This document shows, in pieces, positions 1 through 13,206 of a stretch of DNA of 64,000 nucleotides. The position numbers were made by a program, and so were the translations under genes. The stretch covers positions 42,410,001 to 42,474,000 of the forward strand of contig CM059432.1 of NCBI GenBank assembly GCA_030390025.1, in the 5' to 3' direction. The stretch comes from Squalus acanthias. Taxonomy: Eukaryota. Every line of letters starts with the position of its first letter. Within the stretch, counting starts at the first letter, position 1. The notes beneath the pieces are model-generated. The model did no database searches, was not told where the DNA came from, and saw only the letters and a program-made list of their open reading frames with translations.

Positions 1-1759
1 TGCACTAATTTGCTTCATTTGCCTAAATAAGAAAAATGACTACAATTCAAAAGTAGTTTGTTGGCTGTGAAGTGTTTTGGGACATGCTGAGGATGCAGAA
101 AGCACAATATAAATGTAAAAGCTGCATGCCCATGTCTACTAGAAACTGGATTTGGACTGCCTTCGATTCATATAAGACCCTCCGTGCGCTAATTTTCAGC
201 ACATCTTGTTGGTAACCACATAAAACGGAGGAGAGGTCTGATTTTAATTTAAATGAACATGATCCAAATTTACTACATTATCCATGTATGCAAATAATCC
301 TTTTGTTCCGGAGTGATTTTAACATGAGGCCACCTCGGAACCTCAGTGCTCATTATGCAGTATCCACTGGCATACCCTGTGCATTAGGATGAACAAGCTT
401 ACACCAGTAACTGAGCCTGCTAACTCTTCCTCAGGAAACATCAAACTATACTCCCATCAGAGCATGTAAAAAAAAAACTACATAGACACTCAGAGCAAGA
501 ACGAAAATCTTGCCCCAGATTATGAATTACCTGAAAATGCCAGCCTGTCATCTTTGGTGCTGTAGGCCCTCGATAATTCAAACCACAGCATTGTCAAGAT
601 CTATGCTGATTTGGCCATATTTGCAGCCCTGACAACTGAAGCATGAATCTGTCAAACTAAATAAGGCGATTGCAGACATTCATTTCAAGGTCAAGGCATT
701 ATCAGATCTGTGAATTTGTAAGCAACATAAGTGTGATAGTGTCTGGCACCTTTCAAAGATATAGCAAGGTGATTGCTTACTGACAAAGAGAAGAAAAGCT
801 TTAGAACATGGAATAACATTCTACAAATCACTTCAGAGTGACTGCTGTGTGTAATACCACGATTGTCAATTGAGACAAGTAGTTACTCTCTCTGAAGGAT
901 TCTCAGACAGTAATAGAGTTCTGGTACAAAAGCAGAATGAACAAGTAACAATATTTTGTTTTGAAAACTATGATTATATTGTTTCTGATGTACTAGTTTC
1001 TATTGTATGCTTGAAGTTTAAGATAATGCCAAGAATTCAACATGCAACATACTAATACGTGCAGGTAATATTAAGCATAAATAACCAACAATCTGGTATA
1101 ATGTATACTTTTTGTACCATGTTGAACCCCAAACTTTATTCAAGCAACATTTTCAATGTTAAAATCTGATTAGACAATGCTGAATGAGAAGGCATGTGTT
1201 ATGGCAGAACTATTTGAGAAGGCAAGGAATTGTACTATTTGTTTCTTCTACAGTACTTTCCCTTTCTGAACTTCCTTTTGGCAACCCATGTTAAATTGCA
1301 TTTTTTTTCCTTTTCATTATACTTTGATAGGATGGTCATTCTTGAATATTGAACATCACGATGATTTATTACATTCAATACTGATTACACTAAAGGGAAT
1401 ATAGCTTAATATCATTGTGGAATAGTGTGAAGCAGCAAGTCTTAATGCTGTTTCAGGATTGGAATTTAATGGGACTTACACGCACTCATTATACTGGTAT
1501 TGCTATTGTTATATTTTCGCACTGGTGTTATGTGTTAAGTTCAAATGAGCAGTTATAATGAAATGCATGGTGCCTGCTTTGTGTTTTATTATTAAAATGC
1601 AAAATAACATAATCAGAAAAATGAAATCTGAGAACCAAACCTCGCAGTTGTTACCTTATTCTATGTTGAAGCTGTAATATTTATTTAATACATGGATATT
1701 TAATGAGCCACTGCACACAGGCTGAGTTAAGGAAGGGATGGAGAATGGTGAAACTCATC

Positions 1760-2349
1760 GGCCTAGAAAGTTGAGCAGGCCTGGGGTAGAGGGAGCAATC
1801 CCCATGTCTGAATGGATAGGCCTGAAATGCACGTGATATTGGGCCTCGGACCTCATTATCATCAAGCCAATGTGCTGTGGACACCTAATGGGCATCCCCA
1901 GGCAGCTTGCTGCTGAAGAGGAATTGAAGATCAGGCCGCTGCGACAATCGGGGGGAGATCGAGGTCATGATGGGGAGGTCAAGGTCACGATGAAGGGGTT
2001 GCGGTCATGATGGGGGGAGGGGGGAGTAGTGTATGGCAGCAGCCTGTGTGATTTGAATATGAGGTTGGGAGGAGCACTCCTGCTCCTCCTGGCTCCTCAT
2101 TCGGGTAAGTATATTTTAAACACTTACCTTGTTGGTTGCAGCCTGCAGCATTCCCTTTAAGGACCGCCTGTTAGGCCACCTGGTTTTCCTGAACATAGTT
2201 GGCCCTGTGGCGTGGGCCCTGGATGCCGATTTATTTTCCCTGCACTAATTGGCTCGTAATGAGTGTGCGCTTCCTGCCTGCCATATTGGAGGCTTAGAAG
2301 GCCATTTAGCCCTCAACAAATGGGCACTGCATGGTCGAATTTCTAGGAC
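1760..2349. mobile_element. Old non-autonomous DNA transposon (MITE, probably PIF/Harbinger group)
   Basis: Imperfect TIRs GGCCTAGAAAGTT / AATTTCTAGGAC with ATC on both sides (3-bp TSD); GC-rich interior. Confidence 0.55.
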
Positions 2350-5238
2350 ATCAAGTCTACTGAACTCCAATTACAAAGGGTTAGGACTAAGAGTTTCAGC
2401 CTCAGCTCTATTTTGAACCCAGGGTATATTTCCTCATTGGGAAAGTTTATTCAGTTCTTGATCAGGCAGTTAGATTACTGGCCCAAAACAACACATTTCA
2501 GGATACACGAGGAAGAAATTCAGACAATTTGAGAATTCAGCATTCTTTACACATTTATTAAACTGTTAATGCACATTACATTTGCTTAACCAGTGATGCT
2601 AATCCAGCAAACATTTTCTTTAAGAAATGTGGTTGAATTATTACAAAACTAAATATTTGATTAGCTTAATGTTTGTGCACTGGATGGCAGTGTAGTTACT
2701 TAAACAACAAATTTTAACAGCCAATAAAATGTTGTCATAGATGAGCCTTTCAGAGATAGTGAAATGTTCTTTTATTGCTAAAATACTACATTACAACAGT
2801 GACTAACTTCAAAAAGTACGACATTGGGACGTCCGGTGGTCGTGAAAGGTGCTATATAAGCGCAAGTCTTTCTTTTATTATATCATGAAGTTATTGTTAT
2901 ATGCTGTATTTCGGAGCAAATTTTCTAAGTGTAATGCAGCTAAAATCCAGTAGGTGCTGCTCATTAGTATTCCAGACACAGTTCAAAATAAAAGCACACC
3001 TTTGAGCTGTTCAGCAAGAAGACAATGGATTCAGAAAAATCTAACTACATTAATTAACCCTTTGATTGGTCTAGTCTGTTTATGCAAACACTCATGTTCA
3101 AGCACTGAAACTCACTTTGTAATGTCATGCTTGAAATTTGCTTTTATTTTCAAACTAACGTTTTTTTTAAATCATTTTGCTAAAATTTTTATTGAGCTAC
3201 ATCTGTTTCACAGATGCTTTTATTGACAGACTGCTGCACAGGAGTAGGGGAAGCAAATATACATTTGTGCTGTTGAAAGGGTGAAAGATTCCCATGTATG
3301 ATAAATGCACAGGTCAAGCAGAGTCTCTCTAAATGGAATGATTAATTTTAGCATCATTACTTCACAATAATTCATGAAAGGGACGATCAGCAAACTGTTT
3401 AGTCATGGAGGTCAACTGGAAATCAGGACTTTACTTGCTGTGGGTGTCTTTAATTTCAAGCAAAATTCTGAGAGATTAACAGCCAATAATTTACTTTTGG
3501 AAAATAATAAGCTTCTTTACCAAAACAAAAAAAATCCCAGTGTTTTAATGTTTCTTCCCCGTGCTCATTTAGGTCACTATCCTCTTCACAGACACATGTG
3601 TACGCTGCAGCATGCAGTCTTTATATGTGTTGTAAGCAGAAATGGACTTAAAAGAACAAAAGAGTAAATGAGCAGGAAGCCTGTCGCCAAGTTCTTTACA
3701 ATGTCCTTCTGTGACATGCCACTTAGCAATGCACCAGAGCAGCTTGGGTTGATACCCTTTGCTTTTCCCTCCAGCTGTTTGGAGAAACACCTCACCTCTG
3801 CGAAGAGTCTTTTGTAGTGGCCTGACTGAGATCAGGAATTCACAGTGTGGAAAAATGCAGACACAAATCCCTATTCTACCACTCTGATGCACAACCCTGA
3901 ACCAATGAACTGTACGGCCCATTCTTCTGAAAATGTCCATGTAACAGTGAAAGGTTAACTCACCAGAATTCTACTTTAAGGTCTAATTTATGTTTTTCCA
4001 CGACTCTTCTCAAAGGACTTGTCCTGTTATGTTGTCAGAAGGTAATTTCAGCCATGGCACTTACACCAACAGCTTCATCAAATTAAACACTTTGACAAGA
4101 GGGAGGCAGCATCACAATATGAGACGTAGATTCAGGATTTCCATTACTGGGTTTTAATAAGGGACCCATTAGCAATGAGAATGCTATAAACTTGGGATTC
4201 ACTTTAAAGGTAAACACAGAACATCACGAAGTAAACACTCCAAAGTGAATTGCTGTTTGCACCTACCTGGGCATGAAATAAAGCAGCTAGAGAATTATCC
4301 TGTTAGTAGTTAATTAATCTGGACTTGCTCCAAGGATTCACCCAGTAAGGAAACTCAGAGTGGAATAGGGGCATATTGTTTATTAGGTAAGTGCATGTGC
4401 TGCATGCAGCACAGTTCCTTTAACCTGTTTATTTTGCTAATGTGTTTATGTTAAAATCTAAAAAAAAGTGCATTGTGTACAGGATTTGTGGTTCATTAAC
4501 CACACGTTATAACCATCTACTGGAAAGAACTATTCATTAAAATAATCATAGCACATTGGTTGTGGTGTAACAGTTACAGATTTCTTGTTGAGGGATATAT
4601 TATTACTAGTCACTTGTCCCTCCTACACATGTGCTGTGCTTTCTTTCATTTATTGGGTTGCGTGCGGTTTAATAAAATTTGCCATGATTCCAGTCATTGT
4701 GCCTTCGACAGCATCTTATCTAATGTACTCGACCTGTTTAGTGGAGTTTGAATTAGCCAAAGGTAAGGCATGATAACCAGAATAAGCTATTTCTTTTCCA
4801 TCCTTAGTTGAGAAAAGATATTTTAAATACACCAGTTCTTGTCTATAAAACTAACTGTGAGGATGAAAAAAAAATGTTTGATTGCAAGCAGTATGTTATA
4901 GAGAAGGGGCTTTGTACACTTATTTAATGATGCGATCCTAACAATGCACATTATAATCTGAAGCTGGAGGAAGTGTACTTCCCATGGCTGCCATTTAGTG
5001 AAGCTGCTTTAGTGTTTAAGGATTATTTGACAGCCTTGTGAATGATCTATTTTTTTGCCAGTTAGCTGACAAGGGTGTTGAATAAGAATATAAATAAATG
5101 ATATAAGTCAAGGTTGCCCAGTGTGTGACTCAGCGCACTTAATAAATGCCGATCTTATGGTCTGCATTATTTATGATCATGCAGGAGGGAATTTTGCTGA
5201 GTAAACCAATTTGTACTAGTTGTAAAAGTTGCGACACA

Positions 5239-5912
5239 GGTTAGCAAGGCCATAAAAAAAGCAAACCAAGCACTAGGGTTTATTTCTAGAGGGATAGAAT
5301 TGAAAAGTAGGGAAGTTATGCTAAACCTGTATTGAATCTTGGTTAGACCACACTTAGAGTACTGCGTGCAGTTCTGTTCGCCATATTATAAAAAGGACAT
5401 AGAGGCTCTGGAGAGGGTGCAGAGAAGATTTACAAGGATGATACCAGAAATGCGAGGGTATACATATCAGCAAAGGATGAACAGGATGGGTCTCTTTTCT
5501 CTTGAAAAAAGAAGGTTGAGTCGTGACCTAATAGAAGTCTTTAAAATTATGAAAGGTTTTGATAGAGTGAAAACAGAGAGAATGTTTCCACTTGTGGGGA
5601 AGAGCATAACTAGAGGCCATCAATATAAGATAGTCACCAAGAAATCCTATAGGGAATTCAGAAGAAACTTCTTTACCCAAAGAGTGGCGAGATTGTGGAA
5701 CTCGCTACCACAGGGAGTGGTTGAAGTGAATAGTATAGATGCATTTAAGGGGAGGCTAGACAAGCATATGAGGGAAAAGGGAATAGAGGGTTATGCTGAT
5801 AGAGTTAGATGAGGAAAGACGGGAGGAGGCACGTGTGGAGCATAAACGCTGGCATGGACTGGTTGGGCTGAATGGCCTGTTTCTGTGCCGTATATCTTAT
5901 ATAATCCTATGT
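5239..5912 (+). mobile_element. CR1-type LINE 3' fragment
   Basis: ORF 5339-5812 has CR1 ORF2 C-terminal motifs (VRPHLEYCVQF, LERVQRRFTRMI, RRNFFTQRV..WNSLP), then 3' UTR and a short repeat tail. Confidence 0.92.
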
Positions 5913-5964
5913 AGTTCATTTTGCTTGTTATTTTTGGTTTTATTAACTTATGAACATGCCATAC

Positions 5965-6470
5965 GTACGTATGAAAATGATAGACAGGAAAAGACCAACT
6001 TGTCCATCGAGTCTGTCCCATACCATCATGGTATAAGATAACACCACAACGCCCATTGTCACCCCAGCCCCACACTTCACCCAAAAGCAGCCACGTAATA
6101 TCCTGGGAGAGGCAAAAAACAGAGGTAAAACCCTATGCCAATTCAGGGGGAAAAAATCTGGGAAATTGCTCTCCAACCCCCCAAAGACGATCAAAAGGTT
6201 CCAGGAGACTACAGTGACCACAAGTCACATCACCCAATACCCCACCTACCTTTTGTATTCTGTGAGGTCAGCCAGAATTGGGAACTCGCCCAGCTCCCTT
6301 TTGCACGCTTACAGTGAGCCCACGCTCACCGCTTGAGCCGACAACTTTTTCCAAAGATCACTGAACCTCTGTGAAAAGAAAAACCTCCTGACATCTAGCC
6401 TAGTTCTATGCTTACATGCATGTCCTCTGGCTCCTCCCCAATCATCTAACTCAAAACTCAAATAGCCTAT
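5965..6470 (-). mobile_element. Degraded CR1-type LINE 3' end
   Basis: Minus-strand peptide RLDVRRFFFSQRFSDLWKKL resembles the CR1 C-terminus; 3' UTR-like sequence continues leftward. Confidence 0.6.
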
Positions 6471-7723
6471 CCACATAAAATAGAAACATTTCCTCCAATG
6501 GCCTGGTGAGTGAAGGCACCTGTCTGGTATTGCTCCATATAGACCAGAAGGTCCCAGCTTCAATTTCTGGTCTGTGCTGAGTTAGCTGATCTCAGCTGGG
6601 GCAACAGATATAATTGGCGTAGGACCTCTGGGTTGTAGGTGATGATTAGCTAGGTTTCCCAATCCTGAACCATGCTGGAAAGTGCATCAGTGGATGCCAG
6701 GTGAGAGTCATAGCCTATATTAAAGACTGAATAAATATTGCTGCTATAAATTTCTATGGTTTAATGTTTCTGGTCAATCTTCCATCCACCACTTATGAGG
6801 GTAGGGGTTATAACAGATTCTTGTCAGGAAATTTTAGGCTGGATGAGTCCCAGTGTCTAATGTGAAGCCCTGAATTGTGTTGCACCCTTGTAACTCCCTC
6901 ACAAGAATCTGTATAATCTGCAAAAATCTAGAAGTGTTCCTAATATAATCTCTACTGTTTTCTGTGTGCTTTTTTTTGGACAGCGAACGTTAATAAAATA
7001 TAACGTTACTTACAAGCTGTAATGACTCTGTACTAAATTAATTGTTACTTTAACTGGAGATATGGATGAGTATAACTCAAAAGTGTCAGCTTTGAGAGAA
7101 GACGTGTCACATTGGCAGATGACAGTTTAAACCTGGCATACATGCATAAAGTGTCAAAGATCATAAAGCATATACCTATTGACGTAAGAAAACTACTAGG
7201 CACTTGGTCTAAGCATTAAACAAGGCTTTAATCAACTGATTTACAACATGGAGATCTAGTTGTGTCCTTCTGTAGTTCCTGTTAAAGAATGTCCTGAGCA
7301 AGCTGGGCCCATGCCCGAGTATTTATACTCTCCCTGGACAGCGCCACCAGCAGGCCGCCCAGTATTATTTCCTAAGTCATTTCCACATAAATGACAAGAT
7401 TCATGTCACCTATTTTTAAAAGGAAAAAGATCATTTAAAAATCAAACAAAAATCAGATAAACCAGTAAGAAGAAAAGAGCCTGCATTTATATAGTGACTT
7501 AGCAGCTCTTAATATGTCCCAAAAGGGCTTCACATACAATGAATTACAGTCACTGTTGTTACTTTGGCAAACACAGCAGCTGTTTTACACACAGTAAGAT
7601 CCTACAAACAGCAATGAAACAAATAGCCAGTTAATCTACTTTTGGTTGAGGAAAGAATGTTGTCAAGGACACCATGAGAACTCTCAGCTCTTCTTCAAAT
7701 AGTGCCACAAGATCATTGTCTTT

Positions 7724-8456
7724 GGCCCAGAATGTGCGGTCCTGATGAGGGCAAACTGGCAGCGTTCACCGTCATTTCATCTTTGAAACTGATCGCAACT
7801 TCAGCATTTCGCCCATGCGCTGCCTAATGCGGAAATCCTGAAGTTGCGCTCTGTCATTTACTGCTCCATCACAGGCTGCACTGTGCAACCCCTCCCCCCC
7901 CCCACCCCCGAGCCAGAAATCAGTGTAATCTGTCAACTCATGGAAACTGACGAAAACCTCAGTTCCTCTGTTAAACTGCCGCTGTTAATTACCCCATTAA
8001 AAGTTACACCCTTTTGGATTAGGTGTAACTGGGGTTTTAACAGCGTATTGACTGCTAAACAAAGGTTATGGCCCTGAAAAAGTAATTTTAATTTTGTGGC
8101 TTGTCAAATTTATCCATTTTAATAAAAATTAAAAATTTAAGAAACTTTTAAAAAAACGGTTTTCCTTTTCCCCATGTGAGAGCCCCAATCTTTGTTATGC
8201 ACTCTCTAACATTTTTAAAAAGTTAGAATCAAAGGAGCTTACCCACTTCTTGGTTCGCTGTCTGTGAGAATTTTGCGTTTTGCTTGGCTGCTTAGACAGC
8301 TTGTTGAAGTCACAGCAGCTCTTCGCTGGGGATCCCCATTAACTTGTCGGAAAAGCCGAACTTCTTGCCACAGAGGTCGCGAGATCTTTGTGGAAAGCTT
8401 ACTTTGGGGCCAGCGGTGAAAGCCTTTGCTTCGCCGCTGACCGCAAATTATGGGCC
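7724..8456. mobile_element. Non-autonomous DNA transposon (MITE)
   Basis: TIRs GGCCCAGAATGTGCGGTC / GACCGCAAATTATGGGCC; GC-rich arms around an AT-rich core; interrupts a SINE. Confidence 0.75.
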
Positions 8457-8525
8457 AATATCTTTAAGAGGCAGATGGAACCTCAGCTTAAAGTCTCATC
8501 CAAAGAACAGCACCTCTAACAATAT

Positions 8526-9064
8526 TCTTCTTCTTCTTAGGCAGTCCCTCGGAACCGAGGATGACTTGCTTCCACATTAAAATGAGTTCTCAGGTGACTG
8601 CTGAGTCCAATGCGGGACCTACAGTCTCTGTCACAGGTGGGGCAGACAGTGGTTGAACGGGCGGGTGGATGGGGTGCTTGGGTTGATGTGCGCTCCTTGC
8701 ACTGCTTGCTCTTGGCTTCTGCTTGCTCCCGGCGAAGAGACTCGAGGTGTTCGGTGCCTTCCCGGATGCTTCTCCTCTACTTTGTGCGGTCTTGGGCCAG
8801 GGATTCCCAGGTGCCAGTGGGGATGTTGCACTTTTTCAAGGAGGCTTTGAGGGTGTTCTTGAAGCATTTCCTCTGCCCACCTGGGGCTCTCTTGCCGTGT
8901 CAGAGCTCCAAGTAGAGCGCTTGTTTTGGGAGTCTCGTATTGGGCATGTGAACGATGTGACCCGTCCATCGGAGCTGATCGAGCGTGGGTAAAGCTTCGA
9001 TGCTGGGGATGTTGGCCTGAGCGAGAACACTGACGTCGGTGCGCCAATCCTGCCAATGGGTATC
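8526..9064 (-). mobile_element. RTE-clade LINE 3' fragment
   Basis: Reverse complement of the 3' end of the RTE at 60955-62531; (TTC)n tail; 10-bp TSD CTAACAATAT at 8516-8525 and 9065-9074. Confidence 0.93.
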
Positions 9065-9141
9065 CTAACAATATATCACATCATCAGTACTCCACTGAAT
9101 TGTCAGTCTAGATTTTGTGCTCAAATCCTGGAGTAAGGCTC

Positions 9142-9300
9142 AAACATAGAAACATAGAAACATAGAAAATAGGTACAGGAGTAGACCATTCGGTCCCTCG
9201 AGCCTGCACCGCCATTCAATGCGTTCATGGCTGAACATGCTACCTCAGTACCCCATTCCTGCTTTCTCGCCATACCCCTTGATCCCCCTAGAGGCAAGAG
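9142..9300 (-). mobile_element. CR1/HER1-type LINE 3' tail
   Basis: (AAACATAG)n tail and 3' UTR like those at 27418-27560. Confidence 0.85.
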
Positions 9301-10983
9301 TACTACCAATTGACACTTTGTAGTTTGTAAATAGCTGTAAACTAACATGTTGCATTGATATGGCATTCCCTGCAGTGTGTTGCAAGGCAGTAACACATTG
9401 AAGTGCTAAGTTGATATAATAAACTATAAAAACAAAGGATCAAGTGCTTCATTATTATAATTTCAACCCAAAACATGCCATTTCCTTGAAACACACTGAG
9501 GAATGCATCATGCTTGGAAATGTGGGGTGTATCTTCTTCTGTTTCCTAACTTTGGCAAAAAAGTAGAGGTAGTATAAAGTGATTTTGCCCAGTGATATTC
9601 CTTGATGCAGTAATATTCCATGGTGATATTCCTTGATGGTGATTTCTTGTGACATTTTGCCATCTTCTGCATGGGCATCACGATTCATTTCTGATTAGTA
9701 TTTTTGTGAACTCTCTATGGTTTTTACATATTGGTCATGTTCTTATTCGTAAGACACTGTAATATCTTATTAGTTTGGGTGGGGGAGAGGGGTTATACTA
9801 AATCACTGTTCAATATTAATGCCTTTTTGTATTTTCTGTATAATGATTACTGACCTGACAACATTACTTTTTTGTGAAAATGACTGAAGGTTTAGCAAAG
9901 AAAGAACAGTATTTAATTTGCTTGCTTTTACAATACAGCACTTTTTTTAATTAGAAGAAAATCCTGCACTGCATGCTAAAAGAAGTCAATTTTAATTAAT
10001 ATGCACCGATGCAAATTGTACATTGACAGCTTTCATGCGGAGTTTGTCTCTGTCTCCATGCAGACAGAACACAACACCATCATGGACAGGTGTAGTAATC
10101 AACATGCGAGCACTGCCAGAAGCTTTTTTTTCTCCTTCAGCCTTTATCCCCGAGCAACTAATTTAAATGCAGACAAACCACAAAAGCCCTGGCACAACAA
10201 TGGCTGGGCATTTCTAGAGCAGCCATGGCCTGAAGGTATGTGGAGACAGGTGGTCCTTTATTTCCTGTTTTTTTTTCATGTAATGAAACTGAATGAGGAT
10301 TCAGGCACAAATCTTGATGCACCATGGGAGTTCAAAAAGTCATTGAGGTTAGAACAACATTGCTGAAAAGAAGAAAAATGATCTGCTTAATGATGCTACA
10401 AATGTTAAGGAGGTAGGTCTCTCTGAAGCATGTACCTACTGATAACCTCTGAGAAGGTAGAAGCCCAGTGTGTCTGGTGCTGATTGTTCTAATTCTCTCA
10501 AATGACTCCAGAACACATCCTGTTCCCATTTCCCTTACACAATGGAATAGGCATACAGCTTTCTGCAGACGATGTAAGAGAGGCAAGATAGGGTGGGAAC
10601 GATCAGCCAAATACTTCAATTAATAGCACTCTTAAAAGGACTGTGCCAGTGGGGCGCTTAGGATAGCAACACGATGGTTCACATAGAACTTAGAGCAGTA
10701 ACGTGAGGGTTCTCCCATTGTCCGCTGTAACTTAGGTGGAAGAGCTATGGAAACCCAGGAAAAATGGCATAAACAGAACTGAGGTGGTTCTTCCAGGATT
10801 TCTATGGCTCTTCCGCCGAAGTTTCAGTGTACGAGCGACAGAACCTCCGTAGAAATACGCCGCAAAAAAATTAAAAATCTTACGAGACCAATTTCAGTAA
10901 CCAGTATATATTTTTAATTGCATAATCCTTACTTGTCCTGAAAGGAAACTGATTGTATTCAGTACTTCACTCAAAAATTTAAG

Positions 10984-11196
10984 TGGAGGTGAATTTCCGT
11001 GGAGGCTCTCCTGATTGCTGTAACTTCAGTGGAAGAGCTGCGGAAATCCCAGAAAAACAACATAAGCACAATTTTTCTGGGTTTTTCCTGGCTCTTGCGC
11101 CCCGGAAAAATGGCATAACTTTTTCCAAGGGTTTTCACAGCTCTTTGCTGAATTTCTGGCAGATGGGTGGGAGATACCCTGCAGAAATTCATCCCC
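10984..11196. mobile_element. Short palindromic MITE; a related copy lies at about 10705-10862
   Basis: Ends GGAGGTGAATTTC / GAAATTCATCCCC; internally self-complementary; shares CTGTAACTT..GTGGAAGAGCT..GGAAA with the upstream copy. Confidence 0.55.
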
Positions 11197-12232
11197 AATG
11201 TTTTTCTGTTACTGCCATGTCTGTGTTTGCAGGTCATTATAACCTCACCGTTACAACACTGAGCTCCAGTTCTGTGATTAACGGGAACTGCCATCATATT
11301 GCAAGACTGAGGTCACCATAACTTGTACATGTTAGAGAATTATTGATTTTACAAAGATAATAAAAGCAGTTACCAGCACAAGATGTGAATGGTGAACTAT
11401 TTGAATTATTAACTTTAATCCTGAATAAGTATGATTACAGTTATTTTCGCCCTCAAGCACAGTCCATTGGTGCTCCAACAGCTTCTGCTACAGAACGTGT
11501 GGACGCTGCCTACTATTTGCCAAAAAGTTAGTTATTCACAAGATAAATATGGATGAGGAAAGCCATTCAGCCCATCTTAGCTCACCCATCTTGATCACAA
11601 CAATAACGACAACTTGTATTTTCTAGCACCTTTAACATAGTAAAACATCCCAAGGCACTTCACAGGAGCATTATCAAACAAAATTTGACACCGAGCTACA
11701 TAAAGTGATATTAGGGCAGATGACCAAAAGCGTGGTCAAAGAGGTAGGTTTTATGGGGCGTCTTAAAGGAGGAAAGCGAGGTAGAGAGGAGGAAAGGTCT
11801 AGGGAGGGTCTTCCAGGCCTTAGGGTCTTTGTAGCTGAAGGCATGGCCGTCACTGGTGGAGCAATTAAAATCAGGGATGATTAAGAGGCCAGAATTGGAG
11901 GAGCGCAGATATCTCGAATGGTTGTAAGGCCATAGGAGATTACAGAGATAGGGAGGGGCAAGTCCATGGAGGGATTTAAAACAAGGATGATAATTTTAAA
12001 ATCGAGGCGTTGCTTAACTGGGAGCCAATGTGGGTCAACGAGTACAGGGTGATGGGTGAACGGAACTTGGTGCGAGTTAGGACACGGGCAGCAGAGTTTT
12101 GGATGACCTCAAGTTTACGGAGAGTAGTATGTGGGAGGCCGGCCAGGGGTGCGTTGGAATATTCAAGTCTAGAGGTAACAAAAGTGAGAAGTCGCACAAC
12201 ACCAGGTTATAGTCCAACAGTTTTATTTGAAA

Positions 12233-12272
12233 TCACAAGCTTTCGGAGCTGCTGCTCCTTCATCAGGTGAAG
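12233..12272 (-). ncRNA. Minimal type I hammerhead ribozyme (Penelope pLTR)
   Basis: Minus strand reads UUCAC CUGAUGA A GGAGC-AGCA-GCUCC GAAA GCUU GUGA: core boxes, stem II, palindromic stem III, stem I UCAC/GUGA. Confidence 0.8.
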
Positions 12273-13167
12273 TGAAGGAATACAAATCGGCAAAGCATAT
12301 ATAGACAGAGAACAATGCTTGTGCAGCGTACAATGTCAGACAACTACAGTTAATCTTTCTGACTGCCTTTTATCACACTTCGGCAGAGAAACAATCAGGT
12401 CAGTCAGGAAGGCATTATATCAAAGACATAGCAAAATACAACTAAGACAATGAGGTGGGGTCACAGGGGGTCTAATGTGTCAAATGCTGCAGTCTGTATG
12501 GAAAACCAAAAACTTTAAACTTTTAACTTTTTTTACTGGAAATCACATCTGTTAACAAGCCAACGATGACTCGAGTCTGGATGACTCTGCGTCATGTAGC
12601 GTGACATGAACCCAAGATCCCGGTTGAGGCCATCCTCATGGGTGCGGAACTTGGCTATCAGTTTCTGCTCGATGATTTTGCGTTGTTGTGTGTCTCGAAG
12701 GCCGCCTTGGAGAACGCTTACCCGAAGATCCGAGGCTGAATGTCCTTGACTGCTGAAGTGTTCCCCGACTGGGAGGTAACAATCCTGCCTGGCGATTGTT
12801 GCGCGGTGTCCGTTCATACGTTGTCGCAGTGTCTGCATGGTCTCGCCGATGTACCATGCTCTGGTGCATCCTTTCCTGCAACGTATGAGGTAGACAACGT
12901 TGGCCGAGTCACATGAGTATGTACCATGTACCTGGTGGGTGGTGTCCTCACGCGTGATGATGGTATCTGTGTTGATGATCTGGCATGTCTTGCAGAGGTT
13001 GCCGTGGCAGGGTTGTGTGGTGTCGTGGTCGCTGACTGACCTGATTGTCTCTCTGCCGAGGTGTGATAAAAGGCAGTCAGAAAGATTAACTGTAGTCGTC
13101 TGACATTGTACGCTGCACAGGCATTGTTCTCTGTCTATATATGCTTTGCCGATTTGTATTCCTTCAC

Positions 13168-13206
13168 TTCACCTGACGAAGGAGCAGCAGCTCTGAAAGC
13201 TTGTGA
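13168..13206 (+). ncRNA. Minimal type I hammerhead ribozyme (inverted pLTR copy)
   Basis: UUCAC CUGACGA A GGAGC-AGCA-GCUCU GAAA GCUU GUGA. Confidence 0.78.

Larger units (their letters stand above)
7478..9145 (-). mobile_element. Deu-domain SINE split into three pieces (about 7478-7720, 8457-8525, 9065-9145)
   Basis: The pieces are collinear with the reverse complement of the intact SINE at 57552-58012; interrupted by a MITE and an RTE. Confidence 0.75.

Noticed and set aside
6530..6700. Possible old tRNA-derived SINE
   Set aside because: Too degraded and no second copy in the window to confirm it
9455..9688. Minus-strand ORF with an internal CATCAAGGAATATCAC repeat
   Set aside because: Short local duplication; no strong splice signals or recognisable protein
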